Assembly: GCA_963820525.1 (NCBI GenBank)
Contig: CAWGAA010000001.1
Span: 3,040,001-3,104,000, forward strand
Reading direction: 5' to 3'
Source: an uncultured Spirochaetota bacterium
GTDB taxonomy: Bacteria > Spirochaetota > Spirochaetia > SZUA-6 > Fen-1364
Length of the DNA: 64,000 nucleotides
Positions within the stretch are counted from its first letter, which is position 1. Every line of letters starts with the position of its first letter. The position numbers and the translations under genes are program-made. A model generated the notes under the pieces. The model was not told the origin of the DNA, made no database searches, and was given only the letters and a program-made list of their open reading frames with translations. Positions 58,746 through 64,000 of the stretch are shown one piece after another.

Positions 58746-60077
58746 TTACAATATGTTGGACGCCAGCTCGGCCAGCCTCGAGCGCTCTCCCTTCTCCAGG
58801 GTCACATGGGCGTAGAGCGACTCTCCCTTCATCTTGTCGATCAGGATGGTGAGGCCGTTGGAGCGCGAGTCCAGGTAGGGCGTGTCGATCTGGTAGGGGT
58901 CTCCCGTGAAGACGACCTTGGTGCCTTCTCCGGCGCGGGTGATGATGGTCTTCACCTCGTGCGGCGTGAGGTTCTGCGCCTCGTCGATGATGAAGAAAAT
59001 CTTCGACAGGTGCCTGCCGCGGATGTAGGCGAGGGGCGTGATGACCAGCTTCCCGTTGTCCACCAGGTCGTGGATCCTCTTGAAATCCGAGGACGCCTCG
59101 TCGAACTGGTTCTGGATCACGGAGAGGTTGTCGAAGAGCGGCTGCATGAAGGGGTCGAGCTTGCTCTTGATGTCCCCGGGAAGGAAGCCGATGTCGCGGT
59201 TGGACAGGGGAACGATGGGCCGGGCAAGGTAGATCTGCTTGTAGCTCGATCTCTTCTCCAGGGCCGCGGCGAGCGCCATCAGGGTCTTGCCGGTTCCCGC
59301 CTTTCCCGCCAGGGTCACCAGGGAGATGGAATCGTTGAACAGCGCGTCCAGGGAAAAAGTCTGCTCGGCGTTTCGCGGCTCGATGCCGTACGCCCTCTTC
59401 TTCACGACGTGGCGGAAGGACTTGGTCTCGGAATTGTAGGAGGCCAGGATGCTCTTGTTCTGGCCCCGGATGATGAAGTACTCGTTGGGAAGCGGATCGC
59501 GCTCCAGGGTGACCTTTTCCCGCGGGGCGGATCCCTGCTCGAAAATTTCGTCGACAAGGCTTCCGTCCACGTTCTCCACGATGTCCTTGCCCTTGTACAG
59601 CTCGTCGATGTTGCGGACCTTGCCCGTCTCGTAGTCTTCCGCCCGGATGCCAAGACCCTTTGCCTTCATCCTGATGTTGAGGTCCTTGGAGACGAGGATC
59701 ACGCGGTCCTTGCCGTATTCCTTGGTAAGATTGTAGGCGACGGAGATGATGCGGTGGTCCGGCTTGTCTTCCCAGAAGATCTCGCTCAGGTACGGGTCGC
59801 GCTTGATGTCGGTATTCACCACAACCATTCCGCCGGAATCCAGCCGGATCCCCTCATTGAGCAGCTTGTCTCCCCTCATCGCGTCGAGCTTGCGCGAGAA
59901 TTCGCGGGCGTTGAAGTTGATGATCTCGTTGCCTCTTTTGAACTTGTCGATCTCCTCCAGGACGGTGATCGGGATGACGACGTTGTGCTCCTGGAAGGAG
60001 TAGATGCTGTTGTGATCGTAGAGGATGACGTTGGTATCCAGGACAAAGATCTTGTTCTGACCGTTGAAAACTGCCAT
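58746..60077 (-). CDS. PIN-PhoH family protein
   Basis: FVLDTNV PIN domain, GKAGTGKT, GFLPGD, YIRGR, IIDEAQN. Confidence 0.93.
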   Translation of the reverse strand: MAVFNGQNKIFVLDTNVILYDHNSIYSFQEHNVVIPITVLEEIDKFKRGNEIINFNAREFSRKLDAMRGDKLLNEGIRLDSGGMVVVNTDIKRDPYLSEIFWEDKPDHRIISVAYNLTKEYGKDRVILVSKDLNIRMKAKGLGIRAEDYETGKVRNIDELYKGKDIVENVDGSLVDEIFEQGSAPREKVTLERDPLPNEYFIIRGQNKSILASYNSETKSFRHVVKKRAYGIEPRNAEQTFSLDALFNDSISLVTLAGKAGTGKTLMALAAALEKRSSYKQIYLARPIVPLSNRDIGFLPGDIKSKLDPFMQPLFDNLSVIQNQFDEASSDFKRIHDLVDNGKLVITPLAYIRGRHLSKIFFIIDEAQNLTPHEVKTIITRAGEGTKVVFTGDPYQIDTPYLDSRSNGLTILIDKMKGESLYAHVTLEKGERSRLAELASNIL

Positions 60078-60131
60078 GCCGGTAGTGTAGAGGGGGGATG
60101 CCCCGCAATCAAGAGTAGGCGGGCGAGCCTT

Positions 60132-61253
60132 TTAAGGAGCGGCGGGGGGCTGCGCGGCTGGTGTGGCGGAAGGCTGCGCGCCAGGCACGACGGCGGGGGC
60201 GGCTGCCGCGGGGGCGGAAGCGGGTGCGGCAGGCTTTTCGGCGGGCATCCTGACCGGCGGCTTGGGAAGGAGTGCGGCGCTCATGGCATCCGCCGTCTTG
60301 AAAGACAGCGGTATCCCCTGCCGGCTCGACACGGCCGAGAGCGTGGCGTCCATCCTCGCGGGATCCATGTATCCGATGCCCCGAAGCCGGTAGACCGGGG
60401 TATTGAAGAGGGGCGTGAGATCGGCGAGCTCGTCGGAGAGCTGAAGCGCCTCGTCGTGCTGGATGGGCCTGAAGCTCCCCAGGGCGGCCACGGCCTGGTC
60501 GGGGTTTCGCAGGCTGAACTCCCAGGACTTGAAGGCCGCGGAGAGGAAGGCGCGGATCGCGCCCGGCTTGCTTCCAAGAGAGTCGCGCCGGACGAAAAGA
60601 CACGTTCCGTACAGATCGAAGCCGAAATCCGCCCAGAGAAGCCTGCCCAACTGCTGCCGGCCGAATGCCCTGCCGAGGACCTGATTCTGCTGGAGGGTGC
60701 CGAAGACGGCGTCGGCGGTGCCGGTGGCCAGCGCCTCTATCCTTTGGGGAAAGCTCATGGTCAGGAAGGTGACGTCCCCCGTGCGCAGCCCGTTGGCCTC
60801 GGCGAAGAGGGGGAAAAAGACTGCCTGCCCGTCGAACGGATCCACGGCGATCTTCTTGCCGGCCAGGTCCTGGGGGGCGGCGATCTTCGAGGCGGAGAGG
60901 AAGTATGCGCAGCTTGAGCTCTTGTCTCCCAGAGACGCGATGATCACGAGGGGCATGCCCCGCGATCTGTATGCGAGCACGGCCGCCGCGTCGGCAATTC
61001 CGATATCGGCCTTTCCCGCGTTCACGGCCGCGATTGCAGAGGCCTGATCCGTCCCCGCCAGCAGGCGGGCCTCCACGCCCGCGGACCTGAACCAGCCCTT
61101 GGTGACCGCGAGGAAGAAGGGAGCCTGTGAAGCGGACAGGGGGGAGTCGAATTGAAGCGAGACGCGGACCGGCGCCGTCCAGGCCTCAAGCGCGATGAGG
61201 GCGAGGATGCCCGCCGCGAGCGCGGCCTTCATGTGGCGCGAAACCAGCTTCAT
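60132..61253 (-). CDS. ABC transporter substrate-binding protein (NMT1/SsuA family)
   Basis: Signal peptide, APFFLAVTKGWF, PQDLAGKKIA. Confidence 0.8.
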   Translation of the reverse strand: MKLVSRHMKAALAAGILALIALEAWTAPVRVSLQFDSPLSASQAPFFLAVTKGWFRSAGVEARLLAGTDQASAIAAVNAGKADIGIADAAAVLAYRSRGMPLVIIASLGDKSSSCAYFLSASKIAAPQDLAGKKIAVDPFDGQAVFFPLFAEANGLRTGDVTFLTMSFPQRIEALATGTADAVFGTLQQNQVLGRAFGRQQLGRLLWADFGFDLYGTCLFVRRDSLGSKPGAIRAFLSAAFKSWEFSLRNPDQAVAALGSFRPIQHDEALQLSDELADLTPLFNTPVYRLRGIGYMDPARMDATLSAVSSRQGIPLSFKTADAMSAALLPKPPVRMPAEKPAAPASAPAAAAPAVVPGAQPSATPAAQPPAAP

Positions 61254-61346
61254 GATCGTGTCCGTGAGAGAGGATAGTATGAGAGGGGCGCTTTGTCCAT
61301 TGACACGGGCGGGCGGCTGCGTCTACCTTTGGGAATCGGAGGAAGT

Positions 61347-61565
61347 ATGGCCAAACTCGGGTGGCTTCGTGGGGTTCTTTCGGTGATCGTCGGCTTGCTC
61401 ATCGGGGTAGTGATCACCGCCCTGGTCAATCTCTTCATACCGACGCCTTCAGGCCTGGTCTGGACGGTGCTGCTCGCGGTCTGCGCCTCATCGGTCATCT
61501 CGTCTCTGGTCGGGTACCTGTTGGGCGCCCGCCGGAAAAAGGAAGTACAAGAGACCCCGCATTGA
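61347..61565 (+). CDS. Small two-TM membrane protein
   Basis: GGAGG RBS, two hydrophobic helices. Confidence 0.6.
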   Translation: MAKLGWLRGVLSVIVGLLIGVVITALVNLFIPTPSGLVWTVLLAVCASSVISSLVGYLLGARRKKEVQETPH

Positions 61566-61903
61566 CGGGCGCGAGCGCCCGCCTCAGACGCGAGTCCAGG
61601 ACCCTGCGGGCAATGGTCGAGCTTTTCTGCAGGAGCGCGCATCGGACAAGGAGCGGACTGTGCCGCGATTGTCAGGCGCTGTTGAGCTACGCGCTTCGAA
61701 GGCTCGAGCGGTGCAGGTTCGGCGAGGGGAAGCCGACGTGCGCGCGATGTCCCGTTCACTGCTATCGACCCGACATGCGCGAGGCGATCAGGGGCGTGAT
61801 GCGGCGGTCGGGACCCAGAATGGTTTACACTCATCCCCTCCTGGCGGTTTTTCATCTCATTGACGGCCGGCGCGGCATCCAACCGGCAAAGGAGCATGTA
61901 TGA
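61562..61903 (+). CDS. YgbA/nitrous oxide-stimulated promoter family protein
   Basis: LCRDC..L..YA..RL..C.F...KPTCARCPVHCY, SGPRM...HP. Confidence 0.85.
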   Translation: MTGASARLRRESRTLRAMVELFCRSAHRTRSGLCRDCQALLSYALRRLERCRFGEGKPTCARCPVHCYRPDMREAIRGVMRRSGPRMVYTHPLLAVFHLIDGRRGIQPAKEHV

Positions 61904-62344
61904 CGAGCAGGGCTGAAAACGCTGTCACGTGTTTCAACGGCGGATTCAACTGCGCGCAGGCCGTGTTTTCAACGTACGCCCCCCTCCTGGGGATCGAAGC
62001 GGAGAAGGCGCTTGCGATCGCGCGGGTTCGGGGCGGGTATGGGACGCACCCAGGAAGTCTGCGGTGCCGTTACGGGGGCGTTCATGCTGATCGGGCTGGC
62101 GAAGGGCATGCCCGAGAAGAACGACTCCGCCGCCAAGGAAGAAACCTACAGGCTCGTGCAGGAGTTTTCATCCCGGTTCGCCCAGGCGAACGGCTCCACG
62201 CTCTGCAAGACCCTCCTGGGATGCAACCTTCTCACGGAAGAGGGGCAGAGGTTCTTCAAGGAGAAGGACCTCCACAACCTGAAATGCGTGAAGTACGTCC
62301 AGGACTGCGCCCGAATGGTGGAGGAAAGCCTTTTTCCCGCGTAA
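61900..62344 (+). CDS. C-GCAxxG-C-C family protein, frameshifted near 62020
   Basis: GFNCAQAV in one frame, GFGAGMG...CGAVTG...C...C in another. Confidence 0.8.
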
Positions 62345-62356
62345 GCGGCTGAGGAG

Positions 62357-62866
62357 ATGCTCAACTACGACCTCGTGACGAGCACGGCCGCCTATAGAAT
62401 CCTCAAGAGGAGGGATGTCGGCACCTTTCTCGAGATGGCCGCACGGTTCCGCGGAGAGCTTGGAAAGACCGCCGCCTTGAGCGACGCCTTGCTTAATACT
62501 TTCGAAGAGCTCACGCGTGACGAGAGGAAAGGCACGATCTTCCTCATCGAAAAGGGCGAAAGCTTCATCGGATACTGCGTCATTGTAAACCTCTGGAACG
62601 CCGAGCTCGGCGGGAACGTCCTGTGCATGGAAGAGTTGTTCGTCGATCCCGAATGGCGCAGGCGGGGGATCGCGCAGGATTTCATCACCCTGCTTGGAAA
62701 GATCGCGCCGCTGGACTCCGTCGCCATCCGGCTTGAGGTGGATCCATCGAACAAGAAAGCGGCGGCTTTGTGCCGCAAGCTCGGATTCGCCGAATCGAAG
62801 CAGAAAATTCTCTCGAAGGGCATCCAGCGGGAGAGGCCGGCAGACGCCTTGCACCATCAGCGATAA
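62357..62866 (+). CDS. GNAT family N-acetyltransferase
   Basis: ELFVDPEWRRRGIA, LEVDPSN, KLGF. Confidence 0.85.
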   Translation: MLNYDLVTSTAAYRILKRRDVGTFLEMAARFRGELGKTAALSDALLNTFEELTRDERKGTIFLIEKGESFIGYCVIVNLWNAELGGNVLCMEELFVDPEWRRRGIAQDFITLLGKIAPLDSVAIRLEVDPSNKKAAALCRKLGFAESKQKILSKGIQRERPADALHHQR

Positions 62867-62897
62867 TCGGCTTCACTCTCCTGCCGGAGGGTTCTCT

Positions 62898-63962
62898 GTG
62901 ACGAATACCGATGATTCGCTCTACGAAGCGCTGGCCGAGGCCCTCGACAGGCTTCCCAACGGGTTTCCGCGAACGCCATCCGCCCTCGAGATTCCCCTGC
63001 TCAAAAAGATATTCTCCCCAGAAGAGGCGCAGGTCGCCGGCGTCATGGGGAGGGACGCGGAATCCGGCGAGGCGATAGGGCGCCGGGTCGGGCTCTCCGC
63101 CAACTCCGCGCGAAAGCGGCTCGCGGACATGGCCAGGCGCGGGCTGGTCTGGGTATCCAAGGGGAAGGGCGGGCTTGCCTTCCGTCTGGCGCCTTTCATC
63201 GTGGGGATATTCGAAGCTCAAGGCGGCGCAATGGACCATGAGCTTGCCCACCTCATGGACGCCTACATGGCTGACGGCGGGTCCGCGGGCATCATGGGGC
63301 CACAACCGGCCGTTCACCGGGTGGTGGCTGCCCAGGGCGCCGTCAAATCCGAGTGGATCCTCCCGTACGACGATGTGAAGGGGTTCCTGCTCAACTCGAA
63401 AGCCTTCGCGGCGAGCGACTGCATCTGCCGCGTGCAGGAAGACCGCCTTGGGCGCAGAAAGTGCGCGTTTCCGCTCCATAACTGCATGAGCTTCTCGGCA
63501 GTGGAACGCCCACGTCGGGATGGCGACATCGGCCTGGAGGAGGCGCTTGCCCTCCTGGACGAGACGGAAGAGCTGGGCCTGGTGCACACGGTGAGCAATG
63601 TCGCTGAAGGGGTTTTCTACATCTGCAACTGCTGCGGCTGCTGCTGTGCGATACTGAGGGGCATAACGGAGCTGGGCATCAAGGGCTCCGTGGCCAAGGC
63701 GAACTACAGGGCCGGAATCGACACGTCGCTCTGCACGGGATGCGGGGCGTGCATCGAGCGCTGCCAGATCGGCGCGATCGGGAATGAAGGCGGAGAGGTC
63801 GTCATTCATCGTGATCGCTGCATTGGCTGCGGACTGTGCGTCTCGGGGTGCGCGGCAAGCGCGGTTTCGCTTGCCAAGCGTCCCGACGCCGAGATCCTTC
63901 ACCCTCCAGCCGATTTTGCCGCCTGGGAGAGGGAGAGGTTGAAGAACCGCGGCCTCGCGTGA
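62898..63962 (+). CDS. 4Fe-4S dicluster domain protein
   Basis: CICR, ICNCCGCCC, two CxxCxxCxxxC motifs; GGAGG before GTG. Confidence 0.88.
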   Translation: MTNTDDSLYEALAEALDRLPNGFPRTPSALEIPLLKKIFSPEEAQVAGVMGRDAESGEAIGRRVGLSANSARKRLADMARRGLVWVSKGKGGLAFRLAPFIVGIFEAQGGAMDHELAHLMDAYMADGGSAGIMGPQPAVHRVVAAQGAVKSEWILPYDDVKGFLLNSKAFAASDCICRVQEDRLGRRKCAFPLHNCMSFSAVERPRRDGDIGLEEALALLDETEELGLVHTVSNVAEGVFYICNCCGCCCAILRGITELGIKGSVAKANYRAGIDTSLCTGCGACIERCQIGAIGNEGGEVVIHRDRCIGCGLCVSGCAASAVSLAKRPDAEILHPPADFAAWERERLKNRGLA

Positions 63963-64000
63963 GGAGAAGGAGAGGCGGGAAATGCCGGAAAACAAGGAAG

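Noticed and set aside
58692..60917. 741 aa plus-strand ORF and similar long antisense ORFs (e.g. 20003-21712, 17002-18387)
   Set aside because: Antisense shadows of well-supported genes, expected in GC-rich DNA.

Overview
GC-rich bacterial chromosome segment, probably from a spirochaete (inferred from FlgM, the HATPase-like/HDOD protein and gene style). About 40 kb of housekeeping genes (serS, proC, aspartokinase-thrB-thrC, rlmE, carD-ispD-ispF, nth, HU, hisA, aroK, galU) lie to the left and about 7 kb to the right of a visibly AT-rich island at ~40.1-57.3 kb. The island is an integron cassette array read on the minus strand. It has a candidate attI/Pc at ~57.07-57.13 kb, a divergent 30-codon relic that looks like an almost completely deleted integrase, and four related attC sites. 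The cassettes encode: (1) an IS91-family HUH transposase; (2) a flavin reductase; (3) a ~7 kb five-gene Dcm/GHKL-ATPase/Z1/PD-(D/E)XK/Vsr restriction-like system, whose attC is split by an IS1182; (4) a divergent class III nucleotide cyclase-like protein; and (5) a three-gene operon of a small protein, an HExxH zincin and a dUTPase-fold dCTP deaminase. Operon 5, possibly together with the cyclase, is the best candidate for an undescribed defence system. An IS1634 and a type IIG R-M gene fragment close the island. Many core genes look leaderless. Several 1-2 nt frameshifts may be sequencing errors. All calls come from reading motifs by eye; no database searches were run.
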